Assembly (NCBI GenBank): GCA_013239625.1
Contig: MU054220.1
Coordinates: 4,647,328 to 4,711,327, forward strand
Direction: 5' to 3'
Length of the DNA stretch: 64,000 nucleotides
Origin: Lama guanicoe
Lineage: Eukaryota
Below the pieces are notes generated by a model, which saw nothing but the letters and a program-made list of their open reading frames with translations, was not told the origin of the DNA and did no database searches. Shown here piece by piece: positions 36,307-49,701 of the stretch. The position numbers and the translations under genes were made by a program. Positions within the stretch are counted from its first letter, which is position 1. Each line of letters begins with the position of its first letter.

Positions 36307-38789
36307 TCTCTTTTAAAACAGTTTGTAAAGATCAGCTTCTCACCAATGGCTAACAAAGGAAATTGCTATTTCTCTTGCTGCGTCACCCCTTGAATTCAGG
36401 AAGTAAAATTCAGCCAACACATCATTCAGTTTATACAACAGAAGGCAGAGGAACCTACATTTGGATGGCTCCTGTGGGTAGACCAGCCCTTTTACATGTA
36501 TCCAAATTTATGGAGGCCCTAACACATGCCGAACACAGGAGAAAGCACTGTACAGACACTGTTTTAATTGTCCCAACACTCTATTAGATAAAATGAGTAG
36601 TTGCCCTAGCAACTATGTGAGGGTTTTAGATAATAAATCTTATCATAGTATCTAATTTTACAAATAAAGAAACCATCTCAGAGACATTTAGTGATTTGCC
36701 AATGTTCACATCATTCTAACTCTAATCCCCAGAACATGAACCACCGACTTATAAACTTGTAACAACCCAAAACGGTCACATTTAGCACTGAATCATGGTG
36801 CACACACAAATACTCCAAAGAGTCCCTTGCTCATTAATCTGATGATGCAGAATCCAACTTTATTTTTCACTTAACCAGCCAATCTGCCTGATGTTTCCCA
36901 AATATAACATGCCAGGGAATTGGCCCTATGTTGTACCCAAGTCACTCCTCATTATCGAGAATGACATTTCTCTATTCTCCACCTGATCAGCCACCTTCCA
37001 ATAACCTGAACTTCAAAGCTTTACTGACCACAACAACCATTAAGTCTGGTTAGTTATGTGACCTCTAGGATACCAAAGCCTAATTTGATTTAGGCTAAGT
37101 TCTTATTATTTGAGGGTAAATAATGTACCCAAGTTCAAAATATCTGGAAGCAAAGAAATAGAACAGAAGTTCTGACTTTTTAATTGGTTCTAATCCTAAT
37201 GATTAATTAGCTCATGAAATGAGGCAAGGAAAAGAGTGAGTGGATGGCACAGTTGCAAGATTCTTATCTCTGATATGTTATATCATTAATCCTGGCTTCA
37301 TTTTCTTCTTAATGTGAAGTAGATAACATTCAAATGACAACTGTCCCAGTCCATGTAACTGTTTTATATTCAACATCAAACATAACATGCCCTCTATGCC
37401 TATGTGAGAAATTTACATCTCTTAAATGCCTACAGACTTGAAGTCACTTCAATAGGTCCAAACTGGAACAGCCCTTCAGGTCAAAATAAGGAATACTAGT
37501 TCTTGACATATGATTATACACATTTAACTGGTAGAGTAGTAACTAAATCAAACACTTCCTTAGCTTATAAACAGTATGCAGACATGTTAGCAGGACATAT
37601 CATCTATTACATGAGTGTCCTTGAAAATGTAACTCAGGCCTGATAAAAGTGAAAGAACTATATTGGAATCTACTTGGCAATTCTAATAATTAACTTCTTT
37701 TTATAACACTAAACATATGAAACAATCTGCATAGTAGATCCTAATATTGTAAACACATATTTATGTTAGTATAAAAGTCATATTTATATCATGGACATAT
37801 TTAGTTGCAGGAACAAGTATGGATACATTGTACACTGAAATATTGACAGTCTTTGCTTTGGGTACTATAGTCATAGGGAACTGTCTTCTTTGTGCTTATT
37901 AACTTTCATATTTCTACAAGGAACACATTACTCATGCAGTTTGAAACAAAGATTTTAAAAAGATTAAAATTTATAATTTCAAATATAAAAAATCCATGTG
38001 GCAGGTGGGGGTAGGTGGGGTGAGAGTCAGACTTGGAGGAAGAAGACATCTTCTGCCCGTCCAGCAGGAAGCTTCTTTGCTTCTGAGGCTTTCTGGTCCC
38101 CCGTAGCATCCCCAGCACCCAAGCCAGCCAGGTTCTTTTCCGTCAGCCCCCAGCATCTCCAGCTGTGTCTCTTGGCAGCTTTCTGTCCAAGGTCAGCTGC
38201 TTAGCCACTGTTCTCTTGGTCCAATCCAAGAAGACACTAAATCACCTGGGGAGTCACACAGGTATTTTCTTTATGTCATCTGAGGAAATGAGGCCAGGTG
38301 TACAGTCCACAGTGGAAGACAACGGCAATCATTACATTCATTCAACAAATGCTGATTGGGTGCCTACCACGTGACAGCCATCATCTTTCAGGTCAAGCAA
38401 CCTCACGTTCAAGGACAATAAACTAAGTCATCCACTTCCAATCCACTCCTCTAGCATTTTTTTTTTAAATAAGACCACAGCAAGGAAGTTATCTTTGATA
38501 CAGATATAAACCATAAACTCCTCCTGTGGCAAGATTATAAAAGTTCCAAGTCTGAGAACACGACTTCCTTGATCCATCGATAAGCTCATACATACTAACA
38601 AATGTCCAAGTAATTATCTGTGACTCATTTAGATTCTTAATTGAGTTCTTGAGTCTTTAATCACACTCTGTAGCATCCATTCCCATCCCCCAAAGGAAAT
38701 AAAGGCTGCAGCACACAGAAACTGTTTAACTGCAATATTACTGTCTCGCTGCACTTTTTAAAAATACATTTTAAATCAACTGTACTTTA

Positions 38790-38927
38790 ATAAAAAGCAA
38801 ACAAACAAACAACCCATTTAAAACATGGGCAGAAGAACTGAACAGACATTCTTCCAAAAGAGGAAATGCAGATGGCCAACAGGAACAGGAAAAGCTGCTC
38901 AACATCACCAATGTCAGGGAAATGCAA
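38790..38927 (+). mobile_element. L1 ORF2 internal fragment
   Basis: aacaacccatttaaaacatgggcagaagaactgaacagacattcttccaaa...cagggaaatgcaa. Confidence 0.8.
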
Positions 38928-40168
38928 CTTTATATTTTTCAACTTTTTGCTAAAAACTTTGCTCAGTGCATCTATACTCCTCTGGAGTTCTCTGAACATC
39001 TTCGCCATCATTACTTTAAACTTTCTTGGAAAAACTGCATATCTCATCACTTATTTCTTCTTCTGGGATTTTATCTTGTGCCTTGGCCTGGAAGATATTC
39101 CTCTACCACCTCATATTGTCTTTCTATTTGTATTTTTAGGTAGCTTAGTTACGTTTCTTGACCTTGGAGAAGTGGCCCTCTGTGGGAGACGTCCTATGTG
39201 TCCCAGCAGTACAGTTCTCTCGTCACCCAAGGGCCAGGGTCCAGCCAATGCCAGTGTAGTCCGCCCTGTGTTTGTGGATTCCTTCCACAGGCTTTGGGAT
39301 TGTTGTTTTCTTATTTCTTATTTGGTATCTGCCCCTGGTGGATGAGGCTGGACTAGAGGCTTATGCAGTTTTCCTGGTAGGAGGAGCCGGTGTCTGCCCA
39401 CTGCTGGGTAAAGCTTAGTCCTAGACCTCTGGTGGGTAGAGCCATGTCTAGAGGCCTTTGTGGCTTAGGAAGTCTCCTGATGGGTGGGACTGTGTTCCCA
39501 CCCTGTATGTTGTTTGGCCTGAGGCTTCCCTATAGGCTGTTGGGTAGGGGTAGGTCTTGGCGCTAATGATCCAATCAAGATGTCAGCCTCCAGGAAAGCT
39601 CATGTAGATTAACACTCGCAGAATGTCCACCACCAGCTTTTATGTCCCCTGAGTGAGCCGTAGCTGTACACCACGTCCCCAGGAGACCCTCCAAATCCAG
39701 CAGGCAGGTCTGGCCCAGGTTCCTATGAAATCATTGCCTCTGCCCTTGGACCTGGTGCAGGCGAGATTCTGCATTCATTCCAAAGAATGAAGTCTCTGTT
39801 TACCCCAGTCCCACAGGGCTCCTGGAATTAAGCCCCACTGGCTTTCAAAACGAGGCATCCTGGGTTCTCCTCCTCCCAATGCCAGAACCCCGGGCTGGAG
39901 AGCCTGACATAGGGCTCAGGTCTCTCACTCCTGTGGAGGGCCTCTGCAACTTAATTATTCTTCAGCTTGTGGTTCGCCCACCCAGGGGATAATGGGACCC
40001 AATTATATCTTGAGCACTTCCCTCCTACTGTCCCGCTGTGGTTCCTTCTTTATGTTTCCAGTTGAAGATCTTTTTTGTTGGTTTCAGTCTTTTTTCTCAA
40101 TGATTGTTTAACAGTCATTTGTGGTTTTGTTGTAGTCACGAGGAGAGGCAAGCTCGTGGTCCTACTCT
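38928..40168 (-). mobile_element. L1 5' UTR plus ORF1 N-terminus (sense to the host gene)
   Basis: Minus-strand ...KFKVMMAKMFRELQRSIDALSKVFSKKLKNIK is ORF1-like. GC-richer 5' UTR ends near agagtaggaccacgagcttgcctctcc. Confidence 0.75.
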
Positions 40169-42264
40169 AATAATTAATTTCTTTCTAATGGTCTGAATTT
40201 TTATACACCAAGGTATATATATACACATAAGAGAGAGAGAGAGGGTCTAGTTTAGATTATTTGGTTTATTTCAACCTAACTTATCCAGTTTAAGCTTTCA
40301 ACAATATTCTTAAGGTAAGAAGTGGGTAAATTCCTCCAAAACAAAGAGATGCTGGATCTTAGTCACTCTGATAAATAAATCCCTCCTCACTAAGAAAACT
40401 ATTCTGCTTTCAAACCACCAGGTTTATCACCGTAACACTACAATGAAGTCATATTTTGAGCCAGAGTCTCCTAGTGAATAATTTCTTCTTCAAGAATCAA
40501 ATACTTCCCTAGACCTAAATGTTGACGCTTCAGTCAAAGAGGCCTCACTCCATCCCTAGGTAATTTACACCTAGGAGAGATCAGGTTCATGTATTTGTCA
40601 TGCCTGACTCAGGTCTGGTCAAGAACTTCAAAACAGCCTCCCCAAAAGATAGTTTGATAAACAACTTATGATATGTATCTTGAAGGCTGGCTAGTATCAA
40701 CAACAAATCTGAGGAAAAATGAAGAACACTAATCTATTCTCTCCAGTAGTTCCCCCCAACACACACATCCCTGAAGAGCCAAAACCACAGAAGCACAGCT
40801 CCCTCCTGTCAGACAACATCTGGCTGGAACTCTTTCTATTTTTTAGGAAAACTCAAGACTGCCAATGAAATTATGCTAAGTAACTTGACGACTATCACAC
40901 TTTTCAGAATTAAGACTCAATGCAATACATTTTCAACCCAATCTTTTTAAAGGTGCTTCATGTAATCCAATACTATTTTCCTCAGTTACGGAGACTATAT
41001 TCTGCATAAAACAGTGGTGAGCTGACTAGCAGTCAGGAAAGCTGTATTCTGGTCCTGGTTCTGCTAGCTCAGTGAACCTGGGCCACTAATTAACATTTCT
41101 GAGCCTCAGTTTCAGATTCTGTTAAGTGTACTCACATATTAAATGAATGGCCAAGACCCTATGATTCCATGACTGTGATGAACATAAAGTCATAGCAGTG
41201 ACTTCTTTCTCACGTTTAATTATTCAAACGAATACACATTCACAAATTTTAGAAACAGAAGAAGTCAAGTCAGAGCTATGACTTAAGATAATAAAATAGA
41301 TCTACATACAGCTAGCTCATCTTTAGAACTTCAAGACAGAAAGAACATGAATAACGGAGTTAAAAAACCTTTTCATTATTTTCAACTTTTCTTCCACAGA
41401 ACTTTAACAAGAAAGGTGGAAAACTTGAGGCTTGTTTTATAACTTTATTTCACCTGTGAACCACTGGGGTTCTGGAGGTGGTAAAGACCAGTGAAATAAT
41501 TCTCTCCTTGTCATTTGAAGCCTGCTTTATTCAAGTTCATGGAGAAGCCCTTGTCCCAGATGCAGTGGTTAGGTAGCAAGTACAGCTGTCTGGGAGCATC
41601 ATGGAATCAAAGGATGCACACTCTCTTCCCTCCAAGAAGCTACCTCTTACAAATAGAACTTCTTACAAAAAGCTAATCTAAAATGCAATCTTATGTACTT
41701 TTCAGTGGTCTCATTTATTTACTTACACCTCTTTTTATTCTGCAAAGGAACTGTGGAAACTCAATGGTCTCTGGTGAAAGTTTCCACAACTTTCTCCAAG
41801 GTAAATTATTTAACAAAGTCTCACTGCCTGAACTAGAGCTGGAAAAGAGAAAGAATAAGGTCTCAGATGTCTGAAGTTAAAGTTGTGTTATTTACTGACC
41901 TACTCACCTATCTTACAGGAATGTGGAAGCATTAATACCATCCACTATGTAATGTTTTAAAAATACCTTCAATTCCTCACAAGATTAGGATTCGTCACTG
42001 CTAAACTCATAAATTCGAATAGATGTACAGTAGCTTTCATTTGTCTTAATTGGTCATTGATCCTTAAGAAACAAGGGCATCTGAAGCAATTCTTTAAATG
42101 TCACGCCTTTCCATGCCATCTGCTGGCCCTTACTAACTTAATGCTCTATTGCCTTTCCCTTTTAGTTTTTCAGAATGAACATGACCTTTAAGATGCTGGT
42201 TTATTTGCAGCATTGTCTGCAATAGCAAAACTGAAACCATTCAACAATAAAGGACCACTAAATA

Positions 42265-42420
42265 AATTATATATAATATACAATTGAAGAATATAATGTA
42301 TATGTATATAGTAGTTATATAGTATACAATTATGGTATACATAGTAATATATAGTAAATCCATATATGTATACTAGTATATTATATGTACAATATCTGTA
42401 TTATATATCATAGTTTATCA
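42265..42420. repeat. TA-rich low-complexity tract within L1ME debris
   Basis: tatatataatata...tatagtagttatatagtatac... Confidence 0.7.
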
Positions 42421-45047
42421 ATACAATGGAAACACAGTACAGCTACCAAAAATTACAGCATCAAAGAACAGCTATCGGTAGCAAAAGGTATCTATATTGC
42501 TAAGTAAAGACAAATTAGAGAAAAACTGTTATAAGCAAAATTGACTGTATTCGTTTTAACAATATTTGTTCCTCCTAAAGACCCTTAGTTGGAATTTCTA
42601 ATGACCATTATCTCATGATGAGCCAAAAGCAGCTTATCAAAAACCTAGTGTATAAATAAGGCAATTCCCAGATACATCAATAGGAATAACAAGTACCATT
42701 GCTATCCTGTGTATAATACACACATGTATGTGTATGCTTGTATGTATGTTGGAAAAAGCCTAAAACGTCATATATAGACCAAGAAGTTGATGGTAGTTAC
42801 CTGTAGGTAGAACACTGTAAGTAATTTTTATTTCCATCGTTTTATTTGGCTATATTTTCTAATTTTTCTGTAATAATTAAATGTATTTCTTATAGAATGT
42901 TTTATAAAGTTTAAAATTCAAATAAAATTATATCCTGTAAGTGCTAGCATAAACAGAATTATACCACGGAAGCCCCTTCGTGGCTACTGCCACAGTGAGA
43001 TGGTCTGTTTTAATTCAGTTAGCATTTAAGGCCTAGGATTGAAAAGCACTATTTTAATAAACTCAGGCTTTCTGGAAATGAAACAAAATAAGGAACTGAA
43101 CCTATTCGACCACTTCTGGAGAAGTGGATAGAGAAGTGCCCACTGTACACTCACTGCTTCAGTCCACCTCTCCTGACCTGAGACCCAAACAGGTACAGTG
43201 AGGAAAACACAGAGAAACAGGACTGACCAAAGGCCAAAAGGGTGCGAAGGCAGAGAGAAGGGAATTACTGTGGATTTTCTACTGTTTTACCTATTTTAAA
43301 ACCAAGTACTGGAGAAAGACAGTTGTAAAAATTAGGCATTGAAGTGACGGTTTATTCTCTGAGGGTAATTTGTATCAACAAAGTGCCTTATAATCATGAG
43401 TTACTTCTCTAGCACGCTAAAGAGTCAAATAGACTCAAAGTTCCCCCAAAGTTGCCTCTAAATTGGATCCTCCCCAGAGCCTTCTACTCAGATTTCATTT
43501 AAAGACAACAGGGCCACCTTTGGTGAATTAGCTGATACCATGTAATGTAAGAATAATTAAGGAAACATCTACTGAAACTAGTGAGGACTGCTGCAATATT
43601 TTACACTGAATTTGTTGCCTGTGGGCCTTTAACAGGCCACAGTCTTCTCTGTCATGTGCTACCTGACGACCCAATTGTCACCATCACGGAGAATAAGCAT
43701 GACATTGTCTCATGACCGAGTCTTCAATATGAAATATATATAAGCAAGTTTACCCATGAGGTAATGACTGTGGTCTCACACTTAATACTATATAAATAAA
43801 ATCTGTTTTCTGAATAATTATGTAAACAAACTCCCCAATTAACTTAATAGAAGACTTAAGAATCTTTTCGGAATGTAAACATCCCCACCTACTTTAGCTA
43901 TTTTTATAAATTTGTATTTTCTTACACCAGGTTCTCTAAAGAGTGGACCACACCAGTATTCTGAAAGACTGGCAGCTTCTAATTTGAGATGGAATGTGTA
44001 CAAGAAATCAGGTGGAAATTTTAACAGACAGGCCATGTCATAACATTTGTTCTAGTTAGCACCTAAATGTGCTTAATCTCGGAAACTCAGTCCATCAGAA
44101 GGCCACTTTTGAAGCTCCGAAATTCCTTCTTCATTTAATTCACGAGATAACCGAGTGAAGAAACAAACAAACAAAAAGACACTCTCTCCATGAGCAAAGG
44201 ATTCTAATGGCACCTGCTGAGGAAGGTGTATGCTTGAGGCTTAGCAGTGGGAAGACTGTGAAGTATGACAGAGTTCTGGACCAAATCACACCCAACAGTA
44301 AGCTGAGTCGCAGAAATCAGGGGTAGCAATGTTTATACGAGCCACCTCATGCCCAACACGTGCCCTTGATTTCTCCTTTCTTCCTTTGCTCAGTATTTAG
44401 GAGTTCAACCTACTTACATCCCGTTAGCATTTCTCTCATCTACTCAGTCGTCTGGACTAAAATATGAGATGTTATCTCTCTCATTGCCTCTTTCCTTGTT
44501 GTTCTCAAAGACAAATAACCCTGGTCCAAGTTACTTCACTACCTCAGTGCACTTGTCTATAAAATGGCAACAGTAATAGTACTTAACTCAGAGATTAGGA
44601 TATGAATATGGATATCGAATCCTTACAACAGTTCCTGGCACATAATTAGCATTATATGTGCTAATTATACATATCAGCCATTATGTTTTATTATTATTAC
44701 CATTTAGAACAATGTCTGATAACAAAGCACCATATACTAGTATCATTATTGTTGTCTGAGTATCTGATTGCTCATGGCTATACAAAGTGAGAATAATAAT
44801 AACACAGAAAAAAATTAAATTTAGAAACCTTACAAAAATCTTGCAATCATGGTTCCTGACGACTTGATGACTAACACAGCACCCTTACTGAAAGCCCACT
44901 TTGGGACGGGCACCTCCATCCTTTCTCACGTGTATTGTGCCTTTCTCTTAGCCTTCATTTACTAAAACTCTATTGTTCTCTTATGATCTGATTTAAATGG
45001 ACCTTCCTTTATGAGGCTTTTTCTCAGGTCAACCTTCTAGTATTCTA

Positions 45048-45186
45048 TTGAAGAGGGCGATGTTCTGTGGGAGTTCAGCATGTGCTCTGGTTGGCTGGGT
45101 GGGTCCGTGGATGTGAGTTTTGGTGTATCTGTGGGAGAGGGTGAGCTACCAGCATCCTTCTCCTCCACCATCTTGGTCCCGAGTCC
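45048..45186 (-). mobile_element. 139-nt L1 5'-terminal fragment with 16-bp TSD and no poly(A)
   Basis: Minus reads ggactcgggaccaagatggtggaggagaaggatgctggtagctcaccctctcccacagatacacc.... TSD accttctagtattcta at 45032-45047 and 45187-45202. Confidence 0.8.
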
Positions 45187-45529
45187 ACCTTCTAGTATTC
45201 TAATAACTTTCATTTTTATTTTGTTTATTCTGCTTTCTCTCTAGTTTCATGAGGATAGGGGCTGTTATATTTTATTTATGGATAAATCCCTGTGCCTAGA
45301 ATCGTGCCTGGCATATAGTAAATCTTCAATAAATATTACTGAATGAATATTCAATCCGGACGGCCCCAGACCTCTTGTCGGATAAGTAAATCCCTATCTG
45401 TTTAAGCCACCAGAGTCAGGTATTCTGTTCCGTACATCTGAAGCCATTCTTGGCTGCCAAAGCACGATAGTGTAGAATCCTCTTCGGGTATTTGTTATTA
45501 TCACTGTCACTGCTGTAACTGTGATCATA

Positions 45530-45790
45530 AATATAACTAGCATTTATCATGTGCTTACTATGTTCTGGGCATGATGGTCCACATCCTTAGTGTAGCGCTA
45601 AATAAGCACCATCTTTTTTAACCTGTACAGTCAGTACCTTCTGAGATACATACCAGTTTTGCAGCTGAAGAACCTGAGGCTCAGAGAAGCCAAATAATTT
45701 GCCCACGATAACAGAACATGGAACTGACAAGCACAAGTTGTAAACCCAAATTTCTGGCTCCGAGGTCTACACTCTTACCCAGTAAACCAC
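45530..45790 (-). mobile_element. MIR SINE
   Basis: ccagttttgcagctgaagaacctgaggctcagagaag...ttgcccacg. Confidence 0.75.
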
Positions 45791-48204
45791 ACAGCCATGT
45801 CTGTGAAACAGCCACATATAAATCTTCTCTCCTTAAAATAACTATAAGCTCTCTAAGTCAGGAAGCCTGTTTTCCAAGCCCTGGTATCTACCAGAGCAAT
45901 TAAGACGTTACGACCGGAAGTGAGCTCAGGAATAAACATTCATTAAAGAGACGGATGCGTGAATACCAAGCCACTTTGGACGGCTAAACCTTTATAAAAC
46001 TGAGACATGAGAATACATTGTTTAAAAAAATGAATTTTCTGTATTTATGAGTGGCCCCTTGCTTTCTCTTGATTGCAGGAATTCTCTCCCTGCTGTCGTT
46101 GCATCTGCCACTCACCCATCTAGGATTTTAAAAAAGGGCCTCCTATTGGTGTTGTTCGTATTTATATAGTGATGGACTTATTTTCAACACAAACCAATAG
46201 GCTTTCTGCCATGTATAGTAACTCCTGGGCCCTGAGGCAGCTATTGCTCATGCAAAATAATGCCAGTCCCTAGTTGGGCAAGGCAAGTAAATAAACACAC
46301 ACACTGCATACAAATACATGCATAAAATAATATATCTGGAGAAGGCAGCCCAAAACTGGAGGGACCCATGAAGAGAATCTCCAGTGCACGCGTTCCTCCT
46401 TCCCTCCTTGCCTACAACTCAGTGATCTGCAACGGTCTCCCCACAATAGATAATGAGCAGAGATGCCTAAGCAGCTGCAGCCAGATGAATGAACTGTGTG
46501 ATGCTGAAAATCTGTGAATTGAAGTATCTAATACATGAATTGAAATAAAAAGCATTCTCCACCTCCAAACAGTTGTGTGAACAAATCAAAGGGAAAAGAA
46601 AAGAGTTGGAGGGAAAATGAGACAAAGAACAAAATCTGGTCGGTGTGACACATTTATAAAACTGATGGCCTGTCAGCAAGACACTGATGAATATTTTTGC
46701 AGGATAAAAATGGCAACCCAGTGTCTAAAAATAACTCCCTGCGCTGCAGACCTGTCTGGTTCAGCTACACCACTGGAATACAAACAGCCTCACTCACCAG
46801 TACATTTTGACTCAAGGTTTCACAAAGGAAAAACTGAATGTTTTGTTAGCAAAAGAACATGTTTTATGTGGTTTTAAATCAGTTATGCTCTCTGTATAAT
46901 ATACATTTGAAGCTGAATTTGTTTAGATGAATTTCATTTACTAAAAAAAAAGGTAAAACCAATGGTAATAGCAATAAATTAATTTACCTTATATAGAAGA
47001 TTATCTTCTGCCAGCCCAATTAGAGTAAAATAGAGCAGGATCATGGCCGTCTTGTGATAACAGCCCAAAATCGCAATTTGAAAATAAAATCGTGAATTAT
47101 TTCCTAAGACCTGCTGACTTGAATGGCAGATCTAGTCAAAATGCTATCTCCAGACGACTCTGGAGATGGGGTGAAAAACCTATTATCTCATTTTGCATCT
47201 GAACTCTACAATAAAAAGCTGTTAGCTCAAATGGAAAAGTGAAGTTACTATCCTTCACAAGCAGCACTTTAATCCGTCAGATGCATTCACCTTCTTCAGT
47301 CCTGCCTTACAGAGTTAGGATTCTGGTCTCAGCTAAACCCTGGTTTCAACACTAAAGTTACAGACCTCTGGAAGGCTCTCCCAGAACATTTTGATTACTA
47401 TCAAGCCACCATTTTTAATACTAAAAATGAATGAACTCTCCCTAACAATAAAATATGAATAACAAATGACACATGATTTTTTATGACCACACCCAGTTGG
47501 AATAAACAGGAAAAAGAAAAAAAAACCCACACTGACATTTTTCAGGAACCAATGAAGTTTTCACAATACATACAACAAACACTGCCTAACTCTTGAAAGT
47601 ATTCAGTTGTGCTACTAATTTCACAGTAAATGGCTGCACATTAAAATATAGATATCCTCTGGTACACAACCATATGCTTCGTTGTACCTGTGTCTCCATC
47701 TAAATAGTGGCAAAGTTTCCAAATGAATTAAGGGGGGGGGAAAAAAAGCACATGAAACCAGCCATAAGATGAAAACAATTTCATTTTGGGGAGTTTTTAT
47801 TATCATTGATCGTATTTTCATAGTAAGCATCACAAATTTAATAGCAGTCAAAGCAAAACTCTTGATTCCCCCTTCAAGCTTGCTCCTCCCTCAGATTCCC
47901 CAGTTACTCAAGCCAAAAGCCTAGAAATCGGCTTTGATTCTTCTTTCCCACATCCTGTAGCCAATACACCCACAAGACCTGTCTACTCTCTCACATACCA
48001 TGAACAAGCACTTCTCACCCCCTAAAGCACCGTACCGTAGTTCAAGGCACCACCATTCTCATCTCCCCTAGATGACTGCAAGACTCCTTAGTGCCCATCC
48101 AGCTCCCACACAGTGGCCAGAGTCCAGTCTAGTGGCCACTCCAGTCAGTCACCACACAGCGGCCAGAGTCTTCTTTACACATCACATCCTATACACTTAT
48201 ACAA

Positions 48205-49701
48205 AGGGACTTCTAAAAATCTTAAGGACCTTGTCTTATAGATCCAAAGCAAAGACAAGTCCATGTTGGAAAAAAAAAATATGGATATGGCTTTTGGGAC
48301 ATAGAATCAGCCCCCAATAAAACTCATAGAAAACTCTCAAAATTTTTAAGAAAATTGTAGTGCTAAAAGCACCACCATCTTGGACTGAAAAGAGAAATAG
48401 TTCAAAATGAAAAAGAAAAGTGTCTGGGGGAGGTCCCAACTTCATATTGATAGGGAATAGGTTGAAAAAGCTACTGAGCTGCCAATATAACTCATTTCTT
48501 ACGAAAAACAAAAGCAGTAGAGGAGAAAGCCAAAAGACCAAAGGGTAGAGCTAACAGTTTCAGAAAACAGTATATTAGGGAACAACTCCCAAGGAGCAGA
48601 AATGGGCACAAATGAAAGAATATTTTCAGTATGTGGATAAGAAAACTGGCCACAAAAAAAGAATATAAAAAGAAATATATATATTTACATATATATATGA
48701 ATCACTGTGCTGTACACCAGAAATTAATACATTGTAAAGTGACCATACTTCAATTAAAAATAAATAAATAAAAATGCAATTGCACTGAAAAAGAAAAGAA
48801 AATAGGCAACATAGTGCCCAGCTGGATTTCACCATTGCCACGGCCCCGTGATGGCTATGCCCTTCTCATTCTTCCTGGCTGGAATGGGAGTACCTACTGC
48901 AGTTTTCCTGTCCCTGTGTCACCACTGTATGTTGGATGTGGGTGCGTGGGGTAGGCAACTTAGTTCACAGGAAGGAAGTAGATCATAAGAAGCTGTACCT
49001 GAGCAGATGTGGCTGAGAAATTTCACATGCATCTGTACTTAATTTAAATGCTAAGATTCTGGGCTTCAAGTTGAGGTAACGGGATAAAACTTCTAGGGGA
49101 GGGATAAGTATACTTTGCACGTGGAAGAGATGTGAATTGTTATGCTCAGCAGGGGGCTGACTGCAGTATGTAGTAGATCATTTCCAAAGATGGCTGAAAC
49201 AATACCTCCCATCTTATGCCACTTTGCTATGGCAATCTGCCATTCTTCCACCAAAAGGTGGAATCTTCTCCCTTCCACTTAATTCTGGGAGGGTCCTGTG
49301 ACTTATCTAGACTATCAGAATGTGGCAGAAGTGACACTGTAATTTCCAGGTCAAGGCTGTAAGATACCTTGCAACTTCTGTTTTTACCTTCTTGGAATCA
49401 CCTCAGTGCCATGTAAGGAAGCTCAGCTCAGTCTAGTGAATGATGAGACAACATCTAGAGAGACCACACGGAGAGAACTGAGGTTCCCCTGGATGAGTAC
49501 CTATGCCCCAGACATGGACGTGCAGCCTTCTTGAACCTTCTAGCCCCACTGGAGCCGCCCCAGCCATTACCACGTGGAATAGAGTTGTATCTGCTGAACC
49601 CCGCCCAAATTCCTGATCCACAAATCATTAGCAATGATATCTGGTTGTTAAGCCACTGAGTTTCAGGACAGCTTGTTATATAGCGATAGGTAACTGAAAT
49701 A
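48205..49701 (+). mobile_element. MaLR MLT1 internal region plus 3' LTR (49162-49701), with a nested L1 tail (~48655-48795)
   Basis: PPT-like agggggctgac precedes the LTR (caaagatggctg...agaatgtggcagaagtgac...gcttgttatatagcgataggtaactgaaata). The L1 tail is flanked by aagaaaactggccaca / aagaaaataggcaaca. Confidence 0.8.

Noticed and set aside
38866..39345. 159-aa ORF, the longest in the window
   Set aside because: It spans the junction of an L1 ORF2 fragment and antisense L1 ORF1/5' UTR, so it is an accidental frame.
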